From: Octopus vulgaris
Lineage: Eukaryota
Assembly (NCBI GenBank): GCA_951406725.2
Contig: OX597818.1
Coordinates: 71,176,001-71,240,000 of the forward strand
Reading direction: 5' to 3'
DNA length: 64,000 nucleotides
In this document: piece by piece, positions 24,901 through 37,702 of the stretch
How positions within the stretch are numbered: the stretch's first letter is position 1
Layout: the number at the start of each line of letters is the position of its first letter
Program-made: the position numbers and the translations under genes
The notes under the pieces: model-generated
Databases searched by the model: none
Seen by the model: the letters and a program-made list of their open reading frames with translations, nothing else
What the model was told of the DNA's origin: nothing

Positions 24901-25100
24901 CTTCAGAGGCCCACAGCTCTTCAATATCGTCCTGAAGAACCTGAGGGACCTGCATGGTGTAGATGCGGATGTCTTTAAAGTAGGACTGGATCTCTTCCTG
25001 TCAGGTGTCCCGGATGACCAACTTCACGGCAGGAGGTGCAGCTGAGGGTAAAATCATGTAGCAAACCAAATGGCGGTGCCCCAGCATGGCCACAGCTCAT
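21826..25100 (+). pseudogene. LINE family A ORF2 (APE endonuclease and RT) plus 3' end, disrupted
   Basis: LLNIRGL, ALTET, GGVAMY, YRPP, MGDFNLP, TLDL, SDHN; RT in 22789-23949; deletion removes YADD at ~24238; inverted insert 23900-24129. Confidence 0.92.
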
Positions 25101-26377
25101 GTTTGTGACATATCATTCCATGATCGACTTTCTCAAAGGCCTTTGCAAAGTCGAGATATATGACTTCCACATTTGTGTGGTTGAGCAGTCGTTTCAGCAT
25201 CCAGTCATAGTGTTGTAGAAGCTGAGTTAAGCAGCTTCTTCCTGGTCGGAAACCATGTTGGGTGTCAGGCAGCAAGTCATTTTCTTCAAGGAAGGTGATC
25301 AGTTTCCTTCTGACTATTCGTTCCATGACCTTGCTGATGTGTGAGGTTAGAGAGATAGGTCTGTAGTTCTTGGCCTCCGCTCTGCTACCTCCTTTATGAA
25401 TAGGGCATATTTTACCTTCCTTCAGTTTTCTTGGAAGTTTGCCAGCTGCAAGGAAGCTCTGAAAGAGGAACTGCAGTGGTCTTGCTAGGACTCTCTTACA
25501 TACTTTTAGGAGGATTGCCGGGAATCCATTGGGGCCAGTAGCTGAGTCTGTTTTCATTTCATCTATAGCCTTTATATCGATGTAATCTATCGTCGCCGCC
25601 TCTGATTTTATATCTGCAGTGGTAAAGAAGTCAGTTGGATTGGTGATTTGGAAATGCCCAAGGGGTGGAGTGAAAACACTCTTGAATTGCTCATTCAGTA
25701 TTTCACTTACCCTCATTGGATTTCCTGTGAGTGTGCCATCTTTCCAAGGAGTGGCCCTATTCTACAGTGCACCGTAGCTGTTTCTTTGGCATACCTGTAG
25801 AAAGCTCTGGGGTTAGATTTTATGTTGTCTATAGCCCAGGCTTCTTTGTCTGCTCTTTCCTTTTCATGAGAGAGTTGCAGGCATTTTTCAATTTCCAACA
25901 GTTTTATTTTCAGGCAGGACTTTTCACTGCTTTCAATTTGTTTGTTTAGGCAATTTGAAATTTTTGTACGCCGTCTCATTAAAATTTTCCTCTCTCTGGG
26001 GATTTTGTTCTTGTGTACAGTGGCCTTTCTCTCTGGGACACATTTGTAGCATATGGCTTGCATTACAGACATGAATTGTTGAAGTTTCACGTCGATGTCT
26101 GGCGAGGAGAGACATTCAGGCCAGTTTTGTTTGAGGATCTCTTTCTCAATTTATTTCCAGTTTGCCTTATGGAAGTTCAAGCTGGAAAGATTCTGAGAGT
26201 TTCTTGTAGGCTGCATGTCCATGCTTTCCTTTGGCCCGTACATGGTCAGCTCTACCATGTTGTGATCCGAGAGTAGTGTCGGTGTCACTTTCACATTATG
26301 GATGAGATCCATATTATTTGTGAAGCAGAGATCCAGTGTGCTACCTGCCCTGGTTGGTTGGAGTATTACTTGCTCCA
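25101..26377 (-). mobile_element. Inverted internal LINE family A segment (end of APE to start of RT)
   Basis: ORFs 25054-25716, 25713-26090, 26151-; fused to the 3' end of the + copy. Confidence 0.9.
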
Positions 26378-27628
<1,251 letters not shown>

Positions 27629-27738
27629 TGACTGGCCTGGTGCAGCCTTCGGGCTCCCCAGACCCCAGTTGAACCGTCCAACCCATGCTAGCATGGAAAA
27701 CGGACGCTAAATGATGATGATGATGATGATGATGATGA
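27629..27738 (+). mobile_element. RTE family R1 3' end with (GAT)n tail
   Basis: Matches 59435-59541. Confidence 0.85.
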
Positions 27739-27759
27739 TATATATATACACATATATAT

Positions 27760-28701
27760 AGTAAGTACATTTGGAGACTTAAATCACAAAATATTAATTA
27801 TAGTTTAATTTGGGAAATAATTTGTAAAACTAAATCATATACTATAGGAGCTAATTGTTTTTATTTATGCTCTAATGAGTTTAAAGAAATTTTATTTTAT
27901 AAGTATGATAATTTACTTAATACAGGTGAAGAGCGCAAAATAAAATGCAGACATAGGTTACTTTACCTATATAATAAGTTTCATGATAAATAACAATAAT
28001 AGTTCCCTATTAAAGATTACTTTAGTTTAATATTAAATTTAGTTTAGAATATTATATATATTTAGTTATGTAGTCTAGGCTTTAATTATAGTTAGTCTTT
28101 AATTGATATTTCTTTGTTTTAATTAGTTCATTTTTAATGTATATTAATATATAACAGTTTATGGTACGTTTAAACTTTAATAATTTATATTAGATTTATT
28201 TTATTTTCTTTACTTATTTATTTATTTTATTTTATTATGTATTTTTATTATGTATATGTTATATGTATATTTGAGGATATATTCTTATGGATGATTGGGT
28301 GTATTTAGTGGTGTATATATTGAGATTTGTATGTATGTGTGAATGTTTACGATCCCTTTGTATTTTATTTGGTATGTTGAATTGACAGTTTTTATTTGGG
28401 TATTGTCTGTTATAATACACGTTTATATAGATTTTTGGGAGATTGTCCGTGAATATGTAGGTATGGGTGTGTATGCATGTGTGCGTGTGTACAAGTGCAA
28501 GTGTAGATGCGGGAGTGTATGAGTGCTATGTAATTGAGTGGGATTATTTATGCACTTGTATACATGAATGTTTTGAATGTGCGTGTGTTTGCACCCGTCT
28601 GCGTGTACACACTCATATATAAATATATTATATTAATATTTATTTACTTTTTTGAAAGACTGTTTCTTATATATATGTGTATGTGATGTTATGTGTGAAT
28701 G

Positions 28702-28733
<32 letters not shown>

Positions 28734-30930
28734 ATGTTTATGTTTGTATATGTATTTATTTAATAATTTATTGAGTGTGGGAATGAATATATTGGTGTAT
28801 ATATCGAGGTTTGTACGTATGTATATGTTTGTGAGAGTGTGTATATGGTTATGTTTGTGTGTGTGTATATATGTGTGTGTATTTGTGTGTATTGTTTTTT
28901 GGTAAGGGGTTTTATTTGTATGTATGGATTTCATTTATCATGATTATTTTATTTAGAATTTTTTAGTATTTTAGTCCCCATGCATTATGGCTTGGTTTGT
29001 TGCTCATGGTAGTTTTTTATTGGGTATTGTCTTGTAGCCATTTATACGTATATTTGGATGTCTAGGAGAGTGTCCATGAATATGTATGTTGCATGGGTGT
29101 GTGTGTATGTGTGCGCGTGTATAAGTGCATGTGTAGATGTGGGAGTGCATGGTGCTATGTAAAAGTGTGTGCTTGTGTATGCACTTGTATACATGCATGA
29201 TTGATGTGCGTGAGATTGCACCCATTTTTTAAGGATGTATATGTTTATTTATCTGTATGGGTGTGGGAGTGAATTTTTGGTGTATATATCGAGGTTTATA
29301 CGTATGTATAGGTATGTGTGAGTGAGGTGGGTATTTGTATATGTCGTGGGTGTGTGGTTTACGTGTGTGTATTTGTGTGTGAATGTATAGGTTAGGGGGA
29401 TTGCTATATAGGTATGTTATAGAGTTTAGTAAAGGGAGGTTTTATCATTATATGTATTTATGAGTTTTAGTTTATCATGGTAGTTTTATTAAAGAATTTG
29501 TAGTAATTTATGTCTATTTATGATGTTTGTTATTTTATTACATTATTCCATTCATAATTTTTAAGTAATGTTCGTTTACCACGTGAATATAATTTTTAAT
29601 TCCATTTATTCCATTCATAATTTTAAATGACGTTCGTTTCCAGAGCGCGAATACTTTTTATACATATGTTAGTTTCCTATGGTAACGTAATTTTGTTTGA
29701 CGTTTTTAACGGCTAGAGTTTAATTTCACTTCATAAATTGAAACTGATTTGAAAGTATGTATATTTTTTTCTCCTTATGTTAATCTTGTTACTTATGATA
29801 TTCTGGTTACTTATGAAGTATTTTATATATCGTATTATGTGTAGTAAGGTTGTTTTTCTTTTGAGTGTTTATGTATGTGTGAATGTGTGTGTGTGTGTGT
29901 ATTTTAGTTGTGTAATTTATTTATCTGTATGAGTGTGGGTGTGAACATATTGTTGTATATATTGAGTTTAGTACGTATGTATATGTATATGTGAGGGGGT
30001 ATACGTATATGTTGTGTGTGTGTGTTTTACGTATGTATATTTGTGTGTGAATGTATATATGGAGATTGCTATATAGGTATAATTGTGTATGGTAAAGGGA
30101 GTTTTATCATTATATGTATATGGGTTTCATTTATCATGATGGTTTATTAATGATTTGTAGTAAATTCTGTATATTTAAGTTGATTATATATTATTCCATT
30201 CATAATTTTAAAAAAAAAACGTTCGATCACCACGTGTAAAGAATTGTTTATTTTTCTTTTGAGTGTTTATGTATGTGTGAATGTGTGTGTGTGTGTGATT
30301 GTTTGCGTAATTTATTTATCTGTATAGATGTGGGTGTGAATATATTGGTGTATATATCGAGTTCTGTATGTTTGTATATGTATGTGTGAGCGGGTATACG
30401 TATATTGTTTATGAATGTGGGTTGTATGTGTGTGTGAGGGAGTATGAATAAGTATTGTGTTGAAGTATTTGGCTATTTTATTTATTTATCGTTGCCTAGA
30501 CGTTTTTATGTGTATGTATAGGGATATATATATAGGTGTGTGAGTTAGTGTATGTATTTAGATATGGTTATATATACTTAGTTATATGTGTATGGGTGTA
30601 TATATAGTTTATTTTTATGTTGTTTTATATTTAATTGTTGATAGGTTTATTTTAGTTTATATATTGATTATATATGGATTATATATAGGTTATATATAGA
30701 TTATATATTTATATTTTTTCATTGATACTTTAATTATTTTAAAATTATTTTTTATACTTATATTTTAAAATATTGATATTTTAGATCGGAAATCCACCTG
30801 AAGATTGTCGTTCAAGACATGAAACAATTGTAGTGGCGGCTTTTTTTACTTTTTATTAAAATTTTATGTATTGATTAAGTCTTTCCTTGTTTGTTTTGCA
30901 AAATAGTGGTTTTGTCTCTAATTAATATTA
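27760..30930 (+). mobile_element. 5'-truncated Penelope-like element: endonuclease C-terminus, long 3' region, hammerhead
   Basis: 27760-27993 translates [17 protein letters not shown]...LC..E...LLN...E...KCRH...stop; hammerhead at 30794. Confidence 0.75.
30794..30836 (+). ncRNA. Minimal type I hammerhead ribozyme
   Basis: CCAC-CUGAAGA-stem II (UGUC/GACA)-GAAA-C AAUU G-UA-GUGG. Confidence 0.85.
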
Positions 30931-30949
30931 TATATATACATATATATAT

Positions 30950-31540
30950 ATAAGTAGTTGATAGAATTATCTTCTTATGGATAATTCGGTTAACCGATAC
31001 CTGGGTAGCAAATTCACATCAGAGAAGACACGTTTGAAGTTACGTGCTTTCGTGTGGAAATTTGTATGTTTTTTTTAAAAATATAAATATATGAAAGAAT
31101 GGAGTTGAACAACGAATTAACAAAATTACTTTATTTTCGACATATGTTTCGAAGGCTGCATATTCCTAATTGCGAAGGAATAAGGAGTATATTATGCTGC
31201 TTTCAGGAAAAGCAAGGAACTTATGTCAACATCAAGATGCACAAAAAACTTTTAGATGACTGCTCACACGGAGCCCATAGTGAAAATGAGTGTCTCTTTA
31301 AAAAAATTCCTTTATAAGGAGTGACGTCAAAATGGTTGGATGTAGAAGAATCTAGAAGGTTCTAAGGGTTCAAACGAAGTAGGAGAAGAGAGGCATAAGA
31401 ATAGGAAGGTGAAAGGGTGCAGTTCAAATGAATGGTGAATTTTCTTTTGTTAGTGAGTGTCTGTGTGTGTGACTGTATATAACGGTATTAATGTGTGTGT
31501 GTGTGTATGTGTGTGCGTGATTATGTTTGTGATTATGTTT
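30950..31540 (-). mobile_element. Penelope-like family P2 3' part with a damaged hammerhead
   Basis: Homologous to 55500-55940 and 62700-63026; CUGAUGA core partly deleted at ~31203. Confidence 0.7.
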
Positions 31541-31559
31541 TAAGGTGAAATTCAAGCTC

Positions 31560-32259
31560 CTTCCATTTCATCATGTACTGTCTATGGTCCATTGCTTTCT
31601 CATGTTCTTCTAAGGACTTGCTTCAGAGATTGTCAACTGCTGAATCCTTCAGATGTTAGTCTCATTTTACAATGACCGAACAGATTGCAACAGAAACAAC
31701 ATACCACATCATGCTGAATTGAATATACAAACCACATTCGAACTATGTTTTTGCCATTTGGCAGCATCTTAGAAAAGAAGTCAGGATTGAATCTGCGGTT
31801 TTCTTTTGATTTAGAAAATTGGTACCTTTTTACTTGAACAGCTCCAAGTTTCATAATGTGATTACGCATGCCATCAGATATAGTTTCTAGCCAAGATGCA
31901 GGGTCAGTAGTGATAGTGACTGCTTCTTGTTGCACAACCATATTTTCAGCAATAGGTAAAGATTGTTGACAGTATGCATCATATAAGTCCTTTGCATTTC
32001 CCTCCGCTGCTGAAAATGTAGGAACCTGCTGTGAATTTTCATCGCATCCTTGCATTTGTTGTTGTTCGGTGTTTCCATCATTATTTGCTTGCCCGTCTTC
32101 TCCGGGCTGTGGTGCATTGCTATTCGATGATAATAATGTCACTGATGTATATGGTAGCATAAATTGATCCATAATTCCAGCCATACGCTTCCTGTCGTTT
32201 GCCAGTTTCTCTCATTTTGTGCACCAGGTTCATGCTTTCAGAACAACATCACTTGAGAT
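31560..32259 (-). pseudogene. hAT transposase / ZMYM1-like N-terminal relic (TTF-type zinc finger)
   Basis: RRFNPDFF.K.LPNG....R.WFVYS...D.V.CFCC.LFG, in-frame stop, then LEEHE...DH. Confidence 0.75.
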
Positions 32260-32967
32260 CTGAAATACAAGGTGATCAGTAAAAATAGCATGAAATTTAT
32301 TGCATAAGATTAATACAAGATTTACAAATGTTACATACACACGTAATACTTTGGGCCTTATCAACAATTATAAATACATATCTTGGTCTATATGTATTTG
32401 GTCATGACAAACAGATACAGGTGACACACATACAAGTGTAATGTGTGGGCATAAGTATAGCTACAGAACATGCAGTGAAATATAAATTTAAAATATGCAA
32501 ATTATGTATTAAACCCATTTTTGCCCGTTGTTCCATTTAGTGGGATGGTTCATTTTGTTTTTCAGATATCATTTCAAATAATCTATTTTCCAGACAGTCA
32601 CCGTTGACGCTTACATTTTGCTACCAAAGAATCCTGTTACTCTATTTCAGTGATTTTCATGATAAATTGGTATAAGAAAGCTTTCATTACGTTCATCAGG
32701 TTCATAAGAAATGATGGAAATTGAGGGAGACACAAGATCTTGGTTTGATTTTTTTCTATCCCTTGTTTTGGAGCTTTCCAGAGAAAGATCAGTGTCATTG
32801 TCACAACTAGGTTTAAAATATCCACAAATATCCATTTCAAATCAAGTTATGTTAGAATCTTTTTAAAAAATCTTTAAAAAATACTCATACAAATTAAAAT
32901 ACAAAAAATTTCCAGTCCAAAACAAAAGCAAACTATTTCAAATTATATATTTTTGAACAATAGATGT

Positions 32968-33122
32968 GAATGGCTGTATGGTAAGTAGCTCGCTTACCTA
33001 CCACATGGTTTCCAAGTTCAGTCCCACTGTGTGGCACCTTGGGCAAGTGTCTTCTACTATGGCCTCAGGCCAACCAAAGCCTTGTGAATGGATTTGGTAG
33101 ATGAAAACTGAAAGAAGCCCAT
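32968..33122 (+). mobile_element. tRNA-derived SINE S1, 5' part
   Basis: Similar to 33421-33580. Confidence 0.75.
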
Positions 33123-33181
33123 CTAGGTAAAATTATACTAATGTGTCCATCTGTTTTAATTTAATTTGATTCTATGTCTTT

Positions 33182-33269
33182 ATGCAGCTGAAGATTGTTC
33201 TGCATTTAAATTGATGTAATGATTGCATTGTTCAATGAAATGGAATTGCATGAAACAATAGTACTGCAT
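33182..33269 (+). ncRNA. Type I hammerhead ribozyme in a short Penelope-like 3' remnant
   Basis: AUGCAG-CUGAAGA-(~57-nt stem II region)-GAAA-C AAUA G-UA-CUGCAU; perfect 6-bp stem I. Confidence 0.75.
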
Positions 33270-33298
33270 TACCTCTGGATATCCTGTTGCTTAATTTG

Positions 33299-33347
<49 letters not shown>

Positions 33348-33418
33348 ATAGGTGGCCTAGTAGGTAAGGTGTTAGAAGTAGTGACATAATCTCTGCCAGG
33401 AAATTCATTTTTTTTATA

Positions 33419-33583
33419 GGCGCAGGAGTGGCTGTGTGGTAAGTAGCTTGCTTACCAACCACATGGTTCCGGGTTCAGTCTCACTGCGTGGCACCTTGGG
33501 CAAGTGTCTTCTACTATAGCCTCGGGCCGACCAAAGCCTTGTGAGTGGATTTGGTAGACGGAAACTGAAAGAAGCCCGTCGTA

Positions 33584-33634
<51 letters not shown>

Positions 33635-33848
33635 ATGTCTGTGTGTCTGTGTTTGTCCCCTCAACATCGCTTGACAACCGATGCTGGTGTGTTTACGTCC
33701 CCGAAACTTAGCGGTTCAGCAAAAGAGACTGATAGAATAAGTACTAGGCTTACAAAGAATAAGTCCTGGGGTCGATTTGGTTGACTAAAGGCGGTGCTCC
33801 AGCATGGCCACAGTCAAAATGACTAAAACAAGTAAAAGAGTAAAAAAG
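33419..33848 (+). mobile_element. Full-length tRNA-derived SINE S1 with internal (TA)(TG) tract and LINE-like 3' end
   Basis: A box TGGCTGTGTGG, B-box-like GGTTCAGTC; 3' GGCGGTGCTCCAGCATGGCCACAGTC..GACT; (GTAAAA)n tail. Confidence 0.85.
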
Positions 33849-34786
33849 ATAATGAAATTATTGTATACAGTGCTCAGGTGCACCACAACTTGTCAAAAGT
33901 GCGTATAAAGCATATGCAGTAATGTACAAATGTCTGGGAAGTGAACAGTGTATGAGTCAGATACAAGCTTGCGTGTGTATTGAGGGGAGAAAATCAGGTG
34001 TAGTGTTAGCGAATCTCAGGAAGCATGGAAGTTTTGAAGGATGCAGTGCTCTGACAACTAACAACTGATGCCAGCAGTTTGTTCCATGCTTCAGCAACTC
34101 TTAGCGTGAAAAAATGTTTCCAAAAGTCATGGGAGCTGTACTGTTTTCTGACTTTGTAAACATGTCCATGGGTGTTAGACAGGTGGAGTTTGAAAAGGTG
34201 CTTAGAGTTATTGTTAGTAAAATGGTTAATAATTTTATGGGTGTCTGCCAAGTCAGCTGCCAGATGTCAGAGTTTCAATGTATCCATGCCCAGGGAAGTA
34301 AGGTGTTCAGAATATGGCAAATGCCTGATGGAGGGTATTCTCATGGTTGCGCGTCACTGAACAGCTTCCAGACGATTAACATCCTGGGCAAGATAGGGGT
34401 TCCAGACTGGTGATGCAAATTCCAGGTGAGGTCTTACCATAGCTATATAAAGCCTCAGATAGATAGCCGGAGAGCAGTTCACAAAGGACATGGTAATTGA
34501 TGCCAAGACACCCTCAGCCTTCTTGGCAATTTTAGCAATGTGTTTTGTCCAACGCAAATTGCCATTGACAATAATGCCCAGGTCACATTCACAAGAAGAC
34601 TTTTTGAGATTAGCGTTGTGGAGGGAGTAAGTAGACGCTGAGTTTTTCCTCCTAAAATGCATGGTGGTACATTTGTCCACAGCCAGCTTGAGTTGCCAGT
34701 CCACGATCCACTGCTGCATTGTGTCCAGGTCTGATTGTAATAAAGATCTATAGTGTACAGGATCTGTCTTCTTTATTTTGAGGTAC
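33849..34786 (-). mobile_element. 5'-truncated CR1-type LINE (family C)
   Basis: MVRPHLEFASPVWNPY...LEAVQ; FFTLRVAEAWNKL...FK. Confidence 0.85.
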
Positions 34787-34811
34787 ATATATATATATAT
34801 ATATATATCGA

Positions 34812-35325
34812 TACATTATTTTGAAAAGTATTATTTTTTTACTTAAGTTTGTAGTTTCAGAGAAAGGTAAGAAAGTCTTCATATTTGGCACCTTTGGTAT
34901 TTTGACTTTATATATATATATATATAAATGTATGTATGTATGTGAGTGTATATGTTTGTGTGTCTGTGTTTGTCACCCCCACAACATCGCTTGACAACCA
35001 AAGTTGGTGTATTTACGAACCCATAACTTAGCGGTGCGGCAAAAGAGAAGATAAGTCCTGGGGTCAATTTAGTCGGCTAAAGGTGGTGCTCCAGCATGAC
35101 CACAGTGAAATGATTGAAACAAATAAAAAGAATAAAAAGAACAGTCGTAAAAGTTTTTTCTTAAATTCTATTTTTCATTGTTAGCTGTTGCAATATTTTG
35201 ATTGGTTAGACAATAGTACAGTTCAAACTATAAAGTCAAAATACCAAAGATACCAAATACGAAGACTTTCTTACCTTTCTCTGAAACAACAAAATCAAGT
35301 AAAAAATAATACTTTGCAAAATAAA

Positions 35326-35328
<3 letters not shown>
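34812..35328. mobile_element. MITE with ~100-bp TIRs and an internal SINE S1 3' half (~34925-35140)
   Basis: 34812-34910 is the reverse complement of ~35229-35328; TA-rich flanks. Confidence 0.75.
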
Positions 35329-35369
<41 letters not shown>

Positions 35370-36319
35370 ACACAAACTTCTATGTGTTTGTGTGTGTGCA
35401 CGCGCACACTTTGATTTTGGCACAGAAAGAATTTTATCTTCAGTTTTTATTGCATTAGAGGTCAACAGCCACTGTTTTGGGTACAAAGTGGCCAGCTATA
35501 CAGAGAGAGAGAGAGAGAGAAAGAGGAAGAGACAGAGACAGAGAGATTAAGAGATGTGCGTTTGTTTGGTACATGACTATCAAATAGAACTGACTAAAGC
35601 CTTGTTAATGGATTTGGTAGACAGAAACAAAAAAAAACAGTTGTGTGTGTGTGAATGTGTGTACGTATGCCTATGTGTGTGTATATGTTTGTATGTATGT
35701 ATAAGTAGACATCCTCACCTTTCATCCCCACTGCTGCTTTTTCTTGTCTTCTCTGTTGAAGTTGTTCATATTTTCAGTTTTGGGGGATTTCTTTTGTTTT
35801 TTTTCTTTTATCTCCCGAGGGAATTCGTTGACAAGCATTTTTCATTTCTTTTAGATTTATTTACAGTGCACCCTCATACTTTTTACCTCATTTGGCTTGA
35901 AATTTTCAGTCAACTTCTTAACCAAAGTAAATAGATTACTCATCTATGTACTTTGATCTTAACATGGGACCCCCAACTGCAGAGGCCCCTGTGGTTGTAG
36001 GTGCTGCAGGGGCCTCTGCAATGGCCATTTACATCGCCATCATCTGATTGAAAATCACATTCAGCAACTGGATGTCTCAGCTTGATAAATATGTCTATAG
36101 GGCCTCGCTTCACCACCTGTAAATTAAGGATTAAAATAATTAGGCATAACAACAGATTTCTGCCCCCGCCTAACCCGACTTTGGATGATGATAACTTTCA
36201 GAAAAATGGATATTTTTTTAATGAAATTTTTTTATGTATATGTGTTATATCATGTAGATTCTGAATACACAAAATTTTGGTGGGGAAGTGTTTTAGGACG
36301 GGGAGGGGTGGGGAATTTC

Positions 36320-36823
36320 GAAAGCTGGGGCATCCTTTTATGAAAAAATATTTCGCAAATTTTTACAATACGACCCACACTCCACGCACCCTCATATCCC
36401 ACTCTAGACCGACTTAGGCATATTGTTTTTGTTGTTTTTGACCCTTCAAAACCATGGGAGAAGCCTTTTAAGTAAAAAAAAAAAAAGAAAGAAAATATTC
36501 AAAAAATATCGTTAATATTTTTATTGGGCGACAAAATTCATCAATTTAAGAGATATGGCTGTTGTTTCTAGCACATGCCAACACAACTCTCCTCGTTTGT
36601 TTATCAATAGCGATAACGCAAATGATTTCAGCTCAAAAGAGAGCATAGGATTGGTTAGAATTCGAAAAATTAAACTACGTTAAACAAACAAATTACAAAT
36701 TTATCAAAAAAGCCAAGTGAAAATAATGTTTTCTTTTGACACATTCTACCAGTATACGAAGTTTTAAAGTGTTTAGTTAACTAGAAATTGCGTTGAAATC
36801 TGGCTATCAAAAGGAAAAGATCC
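36320..36823 (+). mobile_element. Partial copy of the GGATCTTTTCC-terminated DNA element
   Basis: Homologous to 61825-62329; ends AAAAGGAAAAGATCC. Confidence 0.75.
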
Positions 36824-37269
36824 CAGAAATCTGTAGTTATGCCGATAATTAACATTGTCGCAAATATTCGAGTGTTTCTATTACCTTATTTTATTTAGTT
36901 AAAGTAATTAATTTTTTCTTTAATTCTTTTAATAGAAAAAAATATTGTCTATGCGTAACAATTATAATTGAATTTGTTTTCTTTATGTGTGTTAAAAAGA
37001 AAATTATTATTCTGGTAAAATCTTTGAAATTTGGTGAACACGTTGTTCTGAATTGGTATTTAAGAAATAAAGTTTAACATTTTTTTAAATGTAATAATAA
37101 TAAAGAAGCTATTTGCGTATTATTAAAGGGCCACACACTATTACAGCCACAGTAACAATACACTTGTCCTGACTGATTTGTTTTCAACCTCTCGAGAAAA
37201 AGGAATCGGTAGGTAAGGAATTTAGTTAAGATATTTTGTTCTCATAATTTATCATTATATTACAAACAG

Positions 37270-37702
37270 GGGCAATCTTTCGTCTCTAGTAGACCTTTCC
37301 GTTGATTTCCGTAAAAAAATTTTTTTTTATTACCTATGGGGCTTGCGGGAACTTTTGAAGTAATGAGAGCGAAAGAGACTAAGAGAAAGCGATTGTATGA
37401 CGAGGGAAGTTCTTTTGAAGTTACCGTGCATGGGAAGCATTGAAGTACATGTGTGTGTGTGTGTATGTGTGTTTGATGGGGTGTGGGAGACAGACAGTAT
37501 GTTGTGTAAGTGAAGTGCTTCTGTTAGTGTGTGTGAAGAGACAGAGTAATGTGTGAAAGAAAGAGATAACTGACATTTTTTACTCGGTGTATGTGTATAT
37601 GTATGTATATTACTTCAAAAGTTCCCGCAAGCCCATATGTAAAAAAAAAAAAAAAAATTACGCAAATTGACGGAAAGGTCTACTAGAGACGAAAGATCGC
37701 CC
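37270..37702. mobile_element. MITE with ~95-bp TIRs (GGGC...GCCC) and AAACAG TSD
   Basis: TIRs 37270-37364 and 37609-37702; aaacag at 37264-37269 and 37703-37708. Confidence 0.9.

Noticed and set aside
31135-31210. Functional hammerhead on the minus strand
   Set aside because: CUGAUGA core is disrupted (CUGAAAGC).
33419-33495. tRNA gene
   Set aside because: tRNA-like head continues into a SINE body found in multiple copies.
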